Assembly: GCF_009914755.1 (NCBI RefSeq)
Contig: NC_060939.1
Source: the human T2T-CHM13v2.0 reference genome, Homo sapiens
DNA length: 64,000 nt
Reading direction: 5' to 3' (one strand)
Of this stretch, positions 16,203 through 31,864 are shown in pieces. A program made the position numbers and the translations under genes. Numbering within the stretch: position 1 is the stretch's first letter; every line of letters begins with the position of its first letter. The notes beneath the pieces were generated by a model. That model saw only the letters and a list, made by a program, of their open reading frames with translations. It did no database searches and was not told the DNA's origin.

Positions 16203-16646
16203 TGACAAAGATTCCCTCCTGGACCAAACTTTACTCAAGATCCTCAGCCCTCTTCTGGATTACACTTCAGCCTTGTCTTGATACCACACCCAGTTTTAGT
16301 AAGAATACAGTTTAGCCAGAATCCCTTCACCCTTGATATCTGATCACCTCTGACTGCTGATCAAATTCCTCATCCCCAGCCTTTGATGCGTAAGTCCTCG
16401 GCCTGCCCTCAGCAAGAATCCTGTGAAGTTGGGTTAGCAAGAATCTCTCTGCTTTAGCTGTCTCCTCTTAGTAATTTTCCATCCACTGATATCCTCCCCC
16501 TGCTCCTTGGCTATAAATTTCTACTTGTCCATTTATTTGGAGTTGAGCCTGATCTGTTTCCTCTATTGTAATATCTCTCAATTCAGTGGCCTTGAATAAA
16601 GTCTTCCTTACCATTTTAACAAATGTCCAAATAATTTTTTTTAACT
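16203..16646 (+). mobile_element. MER31/MER67-like ERV1 solo LTR inserted in a TG-rich tract
   Basis: TGACAAAGATTCCCTCCTGGACCAAACTTTA...ggctataaa...gaataaagtcttccttacc; GTGT on both sides (16199-16202, 16647-16650). Confidence 0.7.
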
Positions 16647-17458
16647 GTGTGGTTGTGTGTGCATGTGTGCGTGCAAGAGGGAGGACCTTTTTCAGAGGGG
16701 TAATACCTCTCAGTGACGGGGACACAAGGACAAAGAGACTGGCAGGAAAAAGTAAAGTAGCGCCAGTTCTCCTATTCACTATATTAGCTATATAGGGAAT
16801 TTACCTTTCTCCTCCTCTGTTTTCTAATCTGTAAAATGGAGATAATCATACCTATTGCATAGCATTGTTATGTGAACTTACTAATGTCTATTAACATTAA
16901 TTATATTTATATAATATATATACACTAAAACATTTTAAAACTTCTGTACGTTTTACATTTGTTTTTGTTTGTTAAATTGCAATATTTATTATTCAGAAGT
17001 TTTATTATTAACCTTTGCGAAAAGTACCATCTTTAACCTAAGTAGAGTGATAAAAAAAATGGTACAAAGAACATTACAAGCAGCTAAGGGGGGAATCATC
17101 TGAGTAGGGTGCTTTTTTCTGCCTTGGGTTGTTAAAAACCTCAAGGAAGAATCCTTTACTTGGTAACATCTAGAAAGTTAATTTTGCTCTTTCTCAGAGC
17201 AAGAGAGAAAAGAGATGACTGAATGCCGATTTCCCAAGAGGTGACTCAACAGTGCTCAGTGTTAGCCACATTGTTCTGACTAAAACAATGGAGTGGGTGG
17301 TCTGTGCTCCGGGACCCCAGTCCTCAGACTGCTGTTTTCCCTGGGAGGAACTGCAGCGTGCACTGTCTCCCAGGAAAATAACTGATGGAGACAATGAGGG
17401 CAGGGAAGGTGGGAACAGTGGAGTGGCCCAGCTGACCCTCTGGAAGGCGTTAACTCAC

Positions 17459-17660
17459 CTCTGCTCTGGAGAAACCCTCCTGGAATAAATGTGTTCCCTG
17501 TTCTTGAGAGAAGGCTGGGCCACTAAGGAAGTGGCTATCTGCAGCCTTGGGGCCAGAGGAGAGGCTCGCCTATGCCCTCTAGGTCACATTGTCTTAACCT
17601 TCAGGATTGTTTCCTGGAAAAATTCTCTGATGGTAAAGAAGAAACCTGAGAGAGGAGAAC
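17459..17660 (-). other. Candidate spliced exon, minus strand (unverified)
   Basis: Minus-strand acceptor cttttcttttcctcAG|G (AG at 17662-17661); donor GAG|GTGAGT; 202 nt. Confidence 0.22.
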
Positions 17661-17743
17661 CTGAGGAAAAGAAAAGTCTCTGGGAAGCCTAAGCCCTTTG
17701 GAATCATGTGTAGCAAGGAAGCACGTGTGTTTCCCCAAGTGAG

Positions 17744-18247
17744 TGTAGGGGAGAAAAAGTAATATATTTTCTTCACCCATCACAAGATTCATGGTTGAGA
17801 CTCCTGTAACAAAAGACAGATTAATGATAGAAGAGCATGCACATTTATTTGATATGTGACACAGGAATCTTCAGAAATAAAGACTCAAAGAAACAGGGAG
17901 AGCTGCGTATTTTTATGCTTAGGTTTGACGAAGAGTAGACAGTCATGTAGAGGTGTGATCAGACAAAGGGGATGTGACCTAATGGTAACGAACTGGGGGA
18001 AACTCAGCAGGCCTGTTTGTTCTGATACTTCTTGGAGTCTCTGTGTCTTCCACTCCTTTTCCCCAGGTATAGGGAGGACCCCTCTGGAATGAGAATCTTA
18101 TGACCTACTTCAGGGAGCATCAGCTAGATTTTATGGCCGGCTTCAGGGGAGAAGGGAGGCAGAAAGTGAGAGTGGCCTTTCTGCTTCTGCGGCTTCCTTG
18201 ATTGCCAAGGTGCCATATTTTGGGATAGCATGTCCTGAACTGCATGA
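17744..18247 (-). mobile_element. MER39-like ERV1 solo LTR
   Basis: Reverse strand gttcaggacatgctatcccaaaatatggcaccttggca...CCCCTACA. Confidence 0.78.
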
Positions 18248-18504
18248 TCGGATACATGTGCAATAAATTGGCAGTTTGGTCTGATGAATTTAATATGGAT
18301 GTAAACGTGTGCAGTCAAGGAGAGTCAAAAGTCAAATTCTTTCAGGGAAAGGAACATAAACTGGGGAGGTAGTTAGCTGTGGAGCCACAGCCACTGATAA
18401 GAAGGTGTAAAAAAGTAGTTTGATGAAGAAAGGGCTCACTCACTCTGTTTGTGCTGTGGATTTCATTTGGTTGGTTAATTAATCCTTGATAAAGGTTTTT
18501 CTAA

Positions 18505-18884
<380 letters not shown>

Positions 18885-19344
18885 TCCACTTTCTATATCA
18901 GATGTTGATCTCCAGAAAGCCAAAGATTTATCCCTGAAGATTAGAGAAAGTTCTCTTTGTGGGGAAAGCTACAGATGAGGAACAGAAAAAAAAAATATCT
19001 TACTCCTCATGCCACTGACATAACCCTAGATAAACGAAAAGCTATGTAGGTGGAGAGAAAGAATGAAGTATGAAGGCCACCTGGAGTTCCTGTAGGCCAT
19101 GGGGAGGGTAGAGGTAGAAACTCTATTTCTATATTAATCTGCTCTTCTAAAACCTGCTTCAGTTCTTTAAAGTTTCATCTCTCCTTATATGCTTTCTAAT
19201 AGTTAACTGGATGTCCAGAAATTATACTTAGAATTAGTATTGCTTTTAGAAATTAGTTTGGGTTTAAGAAACTGGGAATTAGGCAAGGTAGAGTGAGGCA
19301 TAATTCTTTAGTTAATTTACTCATGTCACCTAATAATTCTTTTT

Positions 19345-19612
19345 AACACAGTCTCAAATGTTTTCCAAAGAATATGCCTCTGTGTAATATTAATAAATAA
19401 TGCCTACAGAGTTTTATGCTCATATAAGTTTGAGGAATACAGAGCTAATATAAGTTATTTGGGTTTCTTTATGATACGATTGCTGAGAGCCTTTAATAAA
19501 CTAATGTGCATTGTAAATCAAGATGGGCTGCATGGTGAGCAGTGGGTCCCAAGCTTTTTCTTGGATTATCATGACACAATAGTGATTTAAGGGACACACT
19601 TTAAAAAACACC
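19345..19612 (+). mobile_element. hAT-Charlie MITE (MER112-like); a related copy lies at about 36010-36245 on the minus strand
   Basis: ataagtttg...gagagcctttaataaactaatgtgcattgt motif. Confidence 0.35.
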
Positions 19613-21398
19613 AATGATTTCTCAACCAGTTGATCTTGCTATTTGGAAGCTTCTTCCCACAGTTTATACCAGAAACACCTCACACAGAGGCATCATGGGG
19701 CAGGGGAAGGACACACGGGTCAGAAGACCTGGGTTCTAGTTGTACTTTCTTTTTACTAGCAGTGACAAGCAGTAGAAGGTGCTGAGCCTCGAGTTTATCA
19801 TCTGTAAAATTGGATAATCATGGTCTTACTTTGCTTGCAGGGGAATAGTTGGGAATATCAAACGAGAAATGTGAAATAACACAGATGTAAGTTAGTGGTT
19901 GTTATGATAACATACAGCATAACTGAGGGTGAGAAATTCCTTACCTTTCTTGTTTGGATAATGCTTCATGGCAGAGATGTCTCTCTTTGTACTTTATTGA
20001 CTCTATCAAATCAACAAACGTTTGAATGCCTATTTTGTAATAAAGCATTCCTTAAGTTGATTCTAGGAGAACTGTGCTGAGATTCATAACTACCTTCTCG
20101 TAATATCTAAATTCCCCATATTTCTTGTCCTGGCATTACTTAGGAATGTAATGTCAACGCATCACTCACTTTGGTTGTTTGGACACGCTCAGTATGATAG
20201 TCCTTTTTACCTGTTATTCATAGTCACTAATGCATCGTTTCCTTGTTAAATGAATGAATGGAGTAACACATGTGACTTCAGGGACAGAGTTTGCTGGAGG
20301 GCATTTCTGCCTATCACTTCTGCGAAATCGACTTTCTTCCCTTAAGACTTGATTTTTGTAATTGCTTTCCCAAAGATAAAAGCTAGCCTTGGTTTGGGTC
20401 ACTGTAGAATAGCCCTGGAAATTTTCAGACTGGGAGACATTCACCTCTGCTTGTCTCAGGGTGTTATCAAAGCTACACTGGAAAAGATGTGTTTGCAGAG
20501 AGGTTTAAGTTTGGCAGTTCTTCGTGTACATACTTTTGAAAGGTGTGGGTCAAGGCAATCAAACTAAGTTGGGAGTCAAGAACATAGCATACTGGAAAAT
20601 GAAAGCAAAAGTGGTGGTAATATAAGTTGAATAATAATGCCATTCATAGCAATTCCTGAGAACTACACACTGTTCTATGCACTTCATATAGATTGACTCC
20701 TTTAAATCTCAAAATAGCACTGTGGGGGTGTACCATTATTAGCCTGATTCTACATGTGAGGGAGGTAACAACTTTACATCGCCTACTCCAGTGTTCTGGT
20801 TTCAGGGATAGTAAGCAATGCCCTGGTATGATGGCTATATCAGGCAATTTGCCTATACCAATCAGAGCTCTAGAGTGATCCTTCTAGCTATGGCTGATTG
20901 GATCATGGATGAACGCTCGACTCAAATCCAGTTAATTCATTAGCTAGTCAGATTTTCTCAAGAATTTAAACTAGAGTCATAGAGATAAGAGCCTGTATAA
21001 AAGCTCTAGGGGTGAGGCAGCCATTTTGGATCGGTTTCCGTTTCTTAAGAAATGGAAAAAATAGTTAAACACTCCAACTCTGGGGTCTGATAGGCCTGGA
21101 TTAGACTCTGGACTCTGTCATTTGTGAACTTGGACAAATGACCTAACTTCTCTGGGACTCAATTTCTTCATCTTCGAAGGAGGAATCTTTAAAAAGGGTA
21201 TCTCTGCCAGTGAATTGCTTAGCATAGTGCCTGGCACATAGTAAATCTTCACAAAATAATAGCTATTATCATTGTTATTAATATTTCTGATGGCTTTTCA
21301 GTTCTCCTAAGGCCTGGCTTTACTTAGTTCCCTTTCCCAAGAGCCCATTGTCTGTGTCTTTATCCTCACCCTCCCTTCCCTTGAGGGAGTCTTGAAGG

Positions 21399-21478
21399 GC
21401 ATGCGCAGGCTGGCGTCCAGTGCAGTGAAAACCAGCTCTACCCTTTAAGACGAGCTCTTGAGAGGTTGGTTTGAGTCA
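21399..21478. promoter_or_regulatory. NRF1-like motif plus AP-1 site (candidate promoter/enhancer)
   Basis: GCATGCGCA at 21399-21407 and TGAGTCA at 21472-21478; the same pairing recurs at 23565-23573 and 23620-23626. Confidence 0.22.
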
Positions 21479-21666
21479 TGTGCAAGATTTGTTCTTCATA
21501 CAGTCACAACAAAAGGAAGATATAAATAATTCGTACTCCCACCATGTTGTTTCCTTCTTTCATCCTCAGGTATGGTAATCTAGAATCAATAATTTGTTTT
21601 GTTTTCACCATGTACTCAGTCCTGCACTATGCTGTGGGTATGTTTGTCAGTGTGTACATGTGTAGC

Positions 21667-21671
21667 TGTGT

Positions 21672-21717
<46 letters not shown>
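21667..21717. repeat. (TG)n microsatellite
   Basis: About 25 TG units with one interruption. Confidence 0.97.
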
Positions 21718-21719
<2 letters not shown>

Positions 21720-23301
21720 GAGTGGGGAGGCAGTGGGTTGGTAGAAAAAACAGAAGTAGCAAACTTGAAACAATTAAAAAACAATAATGATAGTATATAT
21801 CAAGTACAACCTCTTTCTAGGCCAGTGATTCTTAAATGAGGGCCTAGGAAAACATTTAAAAACAACAACAAAACAGAAGACAGATTTCCTGGTCCTTATC
21901 GCCCAAATTTCTAACTTGGACAATCTGAGGAGGGTAATGGTTAAATACTTTAAAAGGTCTTTGCAGAGTTTTGTTTTGTAGTCGAATTTTGGAACCACCA
22001 CTATAGATTACAATTACGCAGTTAGGCTTTCTGAAGTTCAGAGTTGTCAAGCACGCCTTGATGGAAGGTTGAAAACCAGAACTAGATCTTGAAGATACGC
22101 GATAGATTGACGAAAGTGGGGGAGCATCTCAGATGAAGAACAGAGTAAACACAGGGAATTTGAACTCTACATAGCATCTGTTAGAAGGTAGGGGTGGGGA
22201 TGAAACATGAAACCTATGAAAGAGAAGCAGCAGGTCCAAAAGGGAGAACCACTAGGGCAGAGCGTCATACTGAAATTTGCATTTACATTTGCAGATTCAG
22301 CATCATGCTGGCCTATTTTTGCAGCAGTCTCTTGGGAGGTGGGCGGAGTAGCATGCCTCCTGGCCCCTGGTCGTAAAACTAAATAGACTCTACTTAGCTC
22401 TGAGAATGTCTCATTTATACTCCTAGTTTCCATTGTCAGTGCCATAAAACAACACCAACTCCAAATGAGAGGAGAGGACAAACCAATGGTGTTTGCTAAG
22501 GTGATATCTCCTTTTTTGTAGGGAAGTTTTGGATGGGCTGGTTGAGTCAAGATACCTGGAAAAGCCAGTTCAGTTCAGATTGAGCCCAGCCTTGGGTTCA
22601 GTGATGGCCTCCAGGAAATTGGCAGCTCAGCTGTTTCACAACTTGGTTTTGTGGTACTGACACTCTCTTTTATAAGAAGGGCTTACCGTGGGCAGAGGAG
22701 TCTTAGCTCAGGAAGCCTTCTGAGAAACTAGAAAGATTTTAAGAGAAAAATGTGCTCTGTGTCCTTGCTATGTAACTCCGTTTTGAGCACAGGACTGCTG
22801 CTTCCCTTCCTCCCAGGAACCGGCAGCCTATGTGCTGATCCGATGCAGAGCTAATCTTTTCTGAGACATCCTCTCCTTCAGGGTCCAGCCTCCCATAGTT
22901 TTGCTTCCCTGGGACATGCTCTTCTCTGTGTCAACCCAAAGTCTGAAAATGGCCCATCAACTTTTCCCATGGAAGGTCTGCCCTACCCTGCTTAATCTGA
23001 GATCAAGCACAGGTATTTGACAAATTGACTCTCTAGAGAGTAAATTCCATAGCAAATATACTAAAAGCTAAAGCAAATCCTACGATGTTTTGGGCTCTGA
23101 CTGATCCCTGAATCAAAATGTTTAGGGTCTAGGAACCTACACTGTTAACAACTATCACTGAAGCTTCTTATGCCCACTGCCCTTCACAACTATCTAAGCG
23201 CAGAGCTTCTAGAGTCATCTTGCCTTAGTGGAAGTTCCATCTTGAGAATTTCTTGCTTAGTGGAGTAAAGTATAGGGGAAATGTTCTTTTTTCTTTTCTA
23301 G

Positions 23302-23424
23302 GCCCTATAAGTGTACATCTGGGTCATGCTCTATGAAGAGACTGTTGTTATCAATGAGTTCGATGCATATATTTGTTAGCACTGACAGATTCAGACACAG
23401 ATATTTTCCACCTCCAATGTTCAG
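23302..23424 (+). other. Candidate spliced exon (unverified)
   Basis: Acceptor ttcttttttcttttctAG|G; donor CAG|GTATGA; 123 nt; one frame fully open. Confidence 0.27.
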
Positions 23425-24929
23425 GTATGATTTGCCTTATTTTTATTGTCCTTGCCTCCCTTCACAAAGAAGTGCAACAAAACAGTAGTCTCATAACCTA
23501 GAAACTTTTATTAGCAATGAAGGCAAGAAAATTAGCTGTGTGAGCATTTTTTTTCTCCCTCTCTGCATGCGCAGATCTGGTGTAGCTGCTGGGAGCCCTG
23601 GGCTGGATATGTACCCAGGTGACTCATGGGGAAGGATGCACCCTTCTGAGAAGCATCACCTTTCTCAAGAAGCATGACAGAGCTCCCGATATTAGACTTT
23701 CAAGACGTCTACCAGGCCTTCTTTGGAATAAATTGTGTCATTGAATGGGTGAGTCTATGTGCATGGAACAGGTTGGACTTCTCCAGAAGTGTCAGTGGCA
23801 ACTGTTTAGAAGTGTGATGGATACTAAGAAAAGAAGCAGTGTGTTCCATAGCCTCCACGTTAAGTAGTTGAGAATCTTACTCACCTCTTCAATGGGCTGT
23901 ACCTGTGTAGGACTTAGCATAGACAAGGACTTCTGTCAGGGGAATCCGTGAAGTGCCGTAAATGCATTTGTCCCTTCCAGTGCCAAGAAAGTGAAGGCTT
24001 TGTGTGTTTTGTTCACTGAGGTGTCTACAGTGCCTGTCAAATAGTAGTCACTCAACAAACATGTGCTGGATGAACAAATGGATTGCCTTCTATGGACTGA
24101 GTGTAGTGCTAAACTAGAGGTATAACTTGACTAAGACATGGGCCCTGTCCTTGCAGAGTTTTTAGGCTACTAGGTAAGGCAAATAGTTGGGAAAAAACAC
24201 CACCACAAAATGTAGTAAAAAATGTAGGTAAATGTCTTAGGGAGCTCTGAAGAAGACTCAAAAAGACTTCAAGCTTCACCAAAGGAGTGGGAGGTGAGCT
24301 TGGATCTTGAAGGTGTGAAGGGGCTGGTTAGTGATGGGAGAGAGGAACATGAGCACAATTTCTACAGCTGAGGAACTTACTGCATGAAGGGAGGGCCAGT
24401 GCAAATCCCTGGGAAGGAATGTTAGAGGGCCTGTGCGGCAGGAGGCCACAATGGAGCCATTCCTGCTCCTGTTTTGACTGAGGCACCAATATGACAGTTA
24501 TCAGCTACTGAAAGGAGTGTGAGACAGATCCCACCACCCCCACACCCTCTGCAGATTTACAGAAGAAACAGCTTCGAGGACCTCTTTCATGTCTCTCAGT
24601 CCCCTTAGCCAGATCAAGGACTTTGCAGGGCAAGGATGCCACAAGTGTTTCCCCATTTCCTGTGGACTGGGTGAAGGCCCCTCACAAGAGATGAGGTGGA
24701 GCCATCTTGCATCCCATCCAATAGGACAGGTCCCGTCTTGAGAGGAGAGGGAGGAGGGGAGAAACTCCATAGAAAAGGGCCAGAGATACATGCCCAATAC
24801 CCAGCGATGAGGAAAGAGTTGCAAGAAGCCACCAAAAATAGCGATATATTCACCAGGTCAACGGGTGCTGCAGGACAGATGGGTCTACCAGGTGACTCAT
24901 GAAGAGCCACAAAAGTGTTCCAGGACATC

Positions 24930-25545
24930 AGTCAAATCACAGAGACAGTGGAATGGTGATTACCAGGAGCTGGAGGAGGGGGAAATAGAGAGTTACGTTT
25001 AATGGGTATAGAGTTTCTGTTTTACAAGATGAAGAGGCTTCAGGAGATGGATGGCAGTGATAATTGTGCAACATTATAAATGCATGTCATACCAGTGAAC
25101 CTTACACTAAACAATGGTTAAGATGGTAAATTTTGTGTTATGTGTTTATTTAATTAATTAATTTATTTATTTTGAGACGAATTGAGACAGATTTTATTAG
25201 AAATGAAGGCAAGAAAATTAGCTGTGTGAGCATTTTTTTTCTCGCTCTGTCACCTAGGCTGGAGTGCAGTGGTGCGATCTCGGCTCACTGCAAACTCTGC
25301 CTCCCAGGTCCACGCCATTCTCCTGCCTCAGCCTCCTGAGTAGCTGGGACTACAGGTGTCCGCCACCATGCCCGGCTAATTTTTTTGTATTTTTAGTAGA
25401 GACGGGGTTTCACTGTGTTAGCCAGGATGGTCTCGATCTCCTGACCTCATGACCCGCTTGCCTTGGCCTCCCAAAGTGCTGGGATTACAGGCGTGAGCCA
25501 CTGCAACCGGACTATGTGTTTCTTAATGCAATAAAAAAATTGGGA
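24930..25545 (+). mobile_element. L1MB-type 3' end, interrupted by AluY
   Basis: tttaatgggtatagagtttc...aatggttaagatggtaaattttgtgttatgtg...caataaaaaaa. Confidence 0.75.
25148..25512 (-). mobile_element. AluY carrying a non-Alu insertion at about 25180-25243
   Basis: AluY diagnostics (cacgccattctcc, gttagccaggatggtctcgatc); TSD TATGTGTTT at 25139-25147 and 25513-25521. Confidence 0.9.
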
Positions 25546-27097
25546 AAAATGTGTTTCATGAGAGAAAAGAGTTCCCCTTCCCAGAGACAACGGTGTTAAC
25601 CATGTGCCAGGCCCAGAGGTCACAAAGCCATTCAGTCAGTTATGTGCTGTCCTGCCCACTGACCTCCCCGCACTCTGCTTCTCCTTTAGATCTGGCAGTG
25701 AAGGAGTCGGGAAGACTGTGATGGGGGCAAGAAGAGCCAAGTGCCAAGGCTCCTTCCCCTCTATGGGCTTCCAGCCTGAAGCTGGCCTGAGGAGAGAGAA
25801 TTCATAGCTAAGTCAAGTTCAGCCTCTTGATTATTACATGGGACTGGAAATTATTGTGCCTGAAGCTCAAATGTCCTGTGGCTTCAAGTGACTCCAGTGC
25901 TCTTCTACTACCCAGGAGTGAGCAGAAAAGCACCTAAAGCTGCCAGGGCTTTTCTCCAGGGGCAGGGAAGGTTACCCACTGATAAACTATCTAGGGACAA
26001 TGGGAGACAGAGACAGGTCTGAGTAAGTCACAATTGTACTTATTCAGCATGCCTATTACATGTGCAAGCGGTGCTTGGCATGCAGTGAATGCTCAATCAG
26101 TATCTCTTACTGACTAATGTGAACCATGTTATAATGATTCCCATGGAGACACAGAAGTCACAAGAGCACCAAAAGTCAAACCTAGGAGTTGTGGTTTGGT
26201 TGCTATGAACTATTCAAGGGTTGTTAACTATTTGACCTCACAAAAGTTATGCCTATAGAATGGCATCAGTGACCCCATGGCATGGAAAGAGGTATTCAGT
26301 GAGCTAGAATACTGTCCCCTTGCGGAAGACAACTAAAGACCAATGACTCCCGTTTTGTTTGTTTGTTTGTTTTGTTTGTTAATCTCCATAGAAAACTCAC
26401 AAACATTGTTTTAAATCTCTTCACAAGTGAGGGTACAACCCAACCTTAGGATTGGACTGAAGATACTTACTTTTCAATTGATAGGATATAAGCAGATAAG
26501 ACCTTCTCCAAAGTTTCCTCCCAAGGGGGAATCTGGTGGAATAGCTCATTCAGTTCACTCTGCCCTCCCTTGACAGTGCTTTCTTCTATTCCACAGAGGC
26601 TAGTAAACTCCCTGGCAGGTAGGCTTTCTCAGGTGATTCAGGTTTGATCAATGAGGAATACTCACATGAGATTGAGAAGACAGAAATGTGATGGGGGCCA
26701 TGCTCCTGCAGCCGACAGGCATGTGGTGGTGTTTGGCTTTTCTGCAGCAGCACTACCAAAGCTTCCAGCATCTATTCATTACTTTCATGGGTAGTGAGGG
26801 GCAGAGTAGGGGCATTCATTTATGTCATTGCAGGTTTGGTGAGATCCAGAGCTGGCAGCCATAGGGGATTCCTTATCTTGGCAGCCTCCTATTGCTGCAG
26901 CAGCACTGTGGTTCTAGAGGAGGTCACTTTCTGGTTGCAGAGGAGGCAACAGCTCTCTTGGTGGCCCAGTTCTGCACTGTGCTTCGGGAGTCTTTCCCAA
27001 CAACTCAGCCTAGGGTTTATTTCTTTCCAAGTGATTTTGTAAACCATTTAATATCCTGAAAATATCACTAACTACCTAGTTAGAAAAGATTCTGTTT

Positions 27098-27394
27098 GGC
27101 CGGGCATGGTGGCTCACGCCTGTAATCTCATCACTTTGGGAGGCTGAGGCAGGTGGATCACTTGAGGCCAGGAGTTCAAGACCAGCCTGGCCAACATGGT
27201 GAAACCCCATCTCTACTAAAAATACAAAAATTAGCTGGGCGTGGTGGAGCCTGCCTGTGATCCCAGCTCCTTGGGAAGCTGAGGCAGGAGAATCGTTTGA
27301 ACCCAAGAGGTGGAGGTTGCAGTGAGCCACTGCATTCCAGCCTGGGCAACAGAGTGAGACCCTGTCTTAAAAAGAAAAAAAAGAAAGAAAGAAA
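27098..27394 (+). mobile_element. AluS (Sx/Sz-like)
   Basis: TSD AGAAAAGATTCTGTT at 27082-27096 and 27395-27409. Confidence 0.9.
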
Positions 27395-27924
27395 AGAAAA
27401 GATTCTGTTCTTTACCACAATGAACCCCAGTGGATACAGCATGATGTGTAAAAAGAATATAGGAAACAAAATCAAAATTAGTATGTCTGAGAAGCTAAAC
27501 ACAGGGAAGGATAAGTGCTAGAGAGAAATGTTTTATTTGGAGAGGGTGGGTGACATTCATCTGTTTATCTGATTAATTTATCTTATATTTTTTGAGGGCT
27601 TCCATGTGCCAGATACTGGGAACAGCTAGTGATTCACAGGGGGAAAAGACCAGTGGAATCCTATACTCACAGTGTTGAAGGTCTAATGGATTATTCTTTC
27701 TCCCTTACCCCATTCTCTCTCTATATCTAGCTAAGAACTTTGACTTACAATTCTTTTCATTTAGTGATCAGTCACTTGCTTAGAGGGTGGGGAGTTTTGG
27801 TTCATAGAGAGCTAAGAGCTCAAGGCTAGAAGACACACCTTCAGCCCAGACCAGTCATAAGCGCTAGTGATAGAATTTTTCCTGCCAGGTATACCATTAA
27901 TTAACTAGCAATTAAAGTCTATAA

Positions 27925-28245
<321 letters not shown>

Positions 28246-28344
28246 TAAGATCCATGTTTATACACCGCATACCTACAACAAGTTTCTACTATCTATTAGC
28301 ACAGTAAATTCCCCTCTAAATTATTTTGCTGTAGGATGACACAA

Positions 28345-29039
<695 letters not shown>

Positions 29040-30574
29040 TTGTGCAAAAACACCTTTTGAGAGGTTACCCACTTATTTCTAACGTAAGAGCTTTCCTACT
29101 TGCTTTTGTCTTTTTTTTTTTCTGGGTTGAATTGTCTATATCTGAGCTCCTGATTTCTCCTATCTAGGCTCACCTTAATCCCAGCAATAAAGGAGGTGAT
29201 GTGGGAACCCTTAGAAGTAACTGATGGAAAGCAAATAAAGTAGGGAAGATAATGAGTAGCTGGCAATTGGCTCATAAATATCCCTGGCACAGCCTGAGAC
29301 AGTCCTTGGCTGCCTTTTCTGGAGCTGAATCTTCCATTGTGATGAGAAAGAAGTTGCCAGCAGACACAGGTGTGCAGCCTCACCTCCAGCATGTGCTCTT
29401 GTCATTGTTTGTATGAAGAATAAAAATAAATTATCAAGTGAGAATGCCCGTCCCAACATCTGTCTACACAGCGAGCTGCTTATTCTTCAAGTTCCAAGTC
29501 ATTCTTCTCCTTCTTTGTGATGATTTTTCTGTTCTCCCAGGGAGCACCACCCCATCTTTCAGTGCTCCTATGGGGGTGTGCACATGGTTCCCATACTGCA
29601 TGGCTATTATTTCAACACACGACACCTTTCTAGCTGGGCTGTCAGTCTTAAGGGCAGGATGATGGCTGTCTCAGACATTTGAATATCTTCCTTATAGGTG
29701 TGGACCAACCCTTAGTAGAAGCCCAATAAGTGCTGAGTGGGTAAAATGTGCATCCCTGTATGGAAAAAAGGCAATGGACTGGACACTTCTGCAGAAGCTC
29801 TTTGGCTCGCAGTTCAGTTCCAGTCTTATCACAGGGCATTCCTGGACCTCTGGATGGCTCAGCTAATTTTGGCCTTTATTCAAGGCATGGTAAAAAGGAA
29901 AGAGCAAAAGGGAGGAGTCCAGTCTTGATTTCTCACTAGGCCTCCATTTCCTGATCTATTAGACAGGAGACCTGGTTATATAATCTGTAAGGATTTCTAG
30001 CTCTACAACTGCAAGTCTCTGTGTCGGAGGACATATGACCATGTCATCTGCCAGCCCATTTGCTTCCAAGATGGACTTGGTTGACCTGGTACCTCCCTCA
30101 CTGTGCCATGAATATTCTCCCATAACTGTTTGCTCAGTACAGTGGAGAGAGTGGCTCTTCTGCCTACAGTAAGAAGGAGGTAATATTTGTACTCAGTATA
30201 GAAGGATAATAAAGAGAAGGGACCAACGTTTATTGGGCACCTATTATGTTTGCTGCTTTTACAGTGTTATCTAATTTGATCTCTATGATTCTGTGAGGCA
30301 GATGTTATAATCCCTAATTTTAAAGATGAGGGAATGGGACTCAATGGTTCAAAAAATTGCTATAGGTCACACAGCTAATAAATTAATAAAGGTAGGATTT
30401 AAAGCAAAGTGTCCAGACTCTTCCTACTGCTGTTATTCCAGGCAGCAGGAGCAAGTTACAGAACTGGAGAAGCATGGAATGTGTTTGGGAAATAGGAAAC
30501 GGTTCAGGCAGAGGGTGGAGAGCAGACGGTATCTAAAGGGGAATGGTGTGAGACAAAGCTGGCATGTATACTAG

Positions 30575-30970
<396 letters not shown>

Positions 30971-31864
30971 ACCTGGCTTTTAAGAAAAGGATGGATTGAG
31001 GGGAAGAGATGAGGGACCTCTTATCCTATGGAAATAGCCTTCCTCCCCGATAAGTCATTCAACGAACAGAATGCTCAGATAGATCTCCTTTAAACTGGAC
31101 ATATAGGCATGAGGGGAATTGACGCATTGTTTTCCACTTTCTTCTTTTTGCATCTTCTCCTTTTGCATGTTGAAGCCACTCTTCTGTGTCCAGAACTGTC
31201 TCATGAGAGAGAGAGCAGGAAGCAGAGTTATTTATTTATTCTTTAAAATCTTATAAAATTCCCTGTGCCAGTCATTTTCCAGAGGCTTTCCTCTTTTGGG
31301 CAGTTCTATAAGGGGTCGCTTTTTTTCTCTCTGCTCTTTCCTTCTCTTGCACCCCCTCTAGCTCTGGATCAACGAGCTGCCACTGGTTAGGTTTGTGCCC
31401 ATGCCATTATCCTGAGTGGTTGAAAACCATTCTTTCCTTTGTTTTTAGAAGTCTCTCTCTCCTCCCCACAGCCACCTGCATCCCACACAACAGCTTTAAA
31501 GGAGAAAACCCCATGGAGAAAGAACTGAGACTGAGAGGAGTTCCAAACTAAAAATAAACCACAGATCTCAGCAAGGCTCTATACCCTGGCTGTTGCCCTT
31601 GTCACTGACTTTTCCTTATTGAAAGCTACTCAGAGACCTGAGGAAAGCTTTGTGCTAATACCGATATGATTGCTGTCATCGCCACTACCTGGGTGAGTGC
31701 CATTCAACATTTACACAGTGCAAGGTGCTATGTAGGAGTTGGACATAACTGGAGTTTCTCAAAATCCTCAAATGAAGTTAATGTGGGAAAAAAGGCTCTG
31801 AGAATTAGAAGAGCCAGGTCCCCCGGTCTCACCCCTGCCGCTCTGCTTCAGTCACTTCAGTCTG

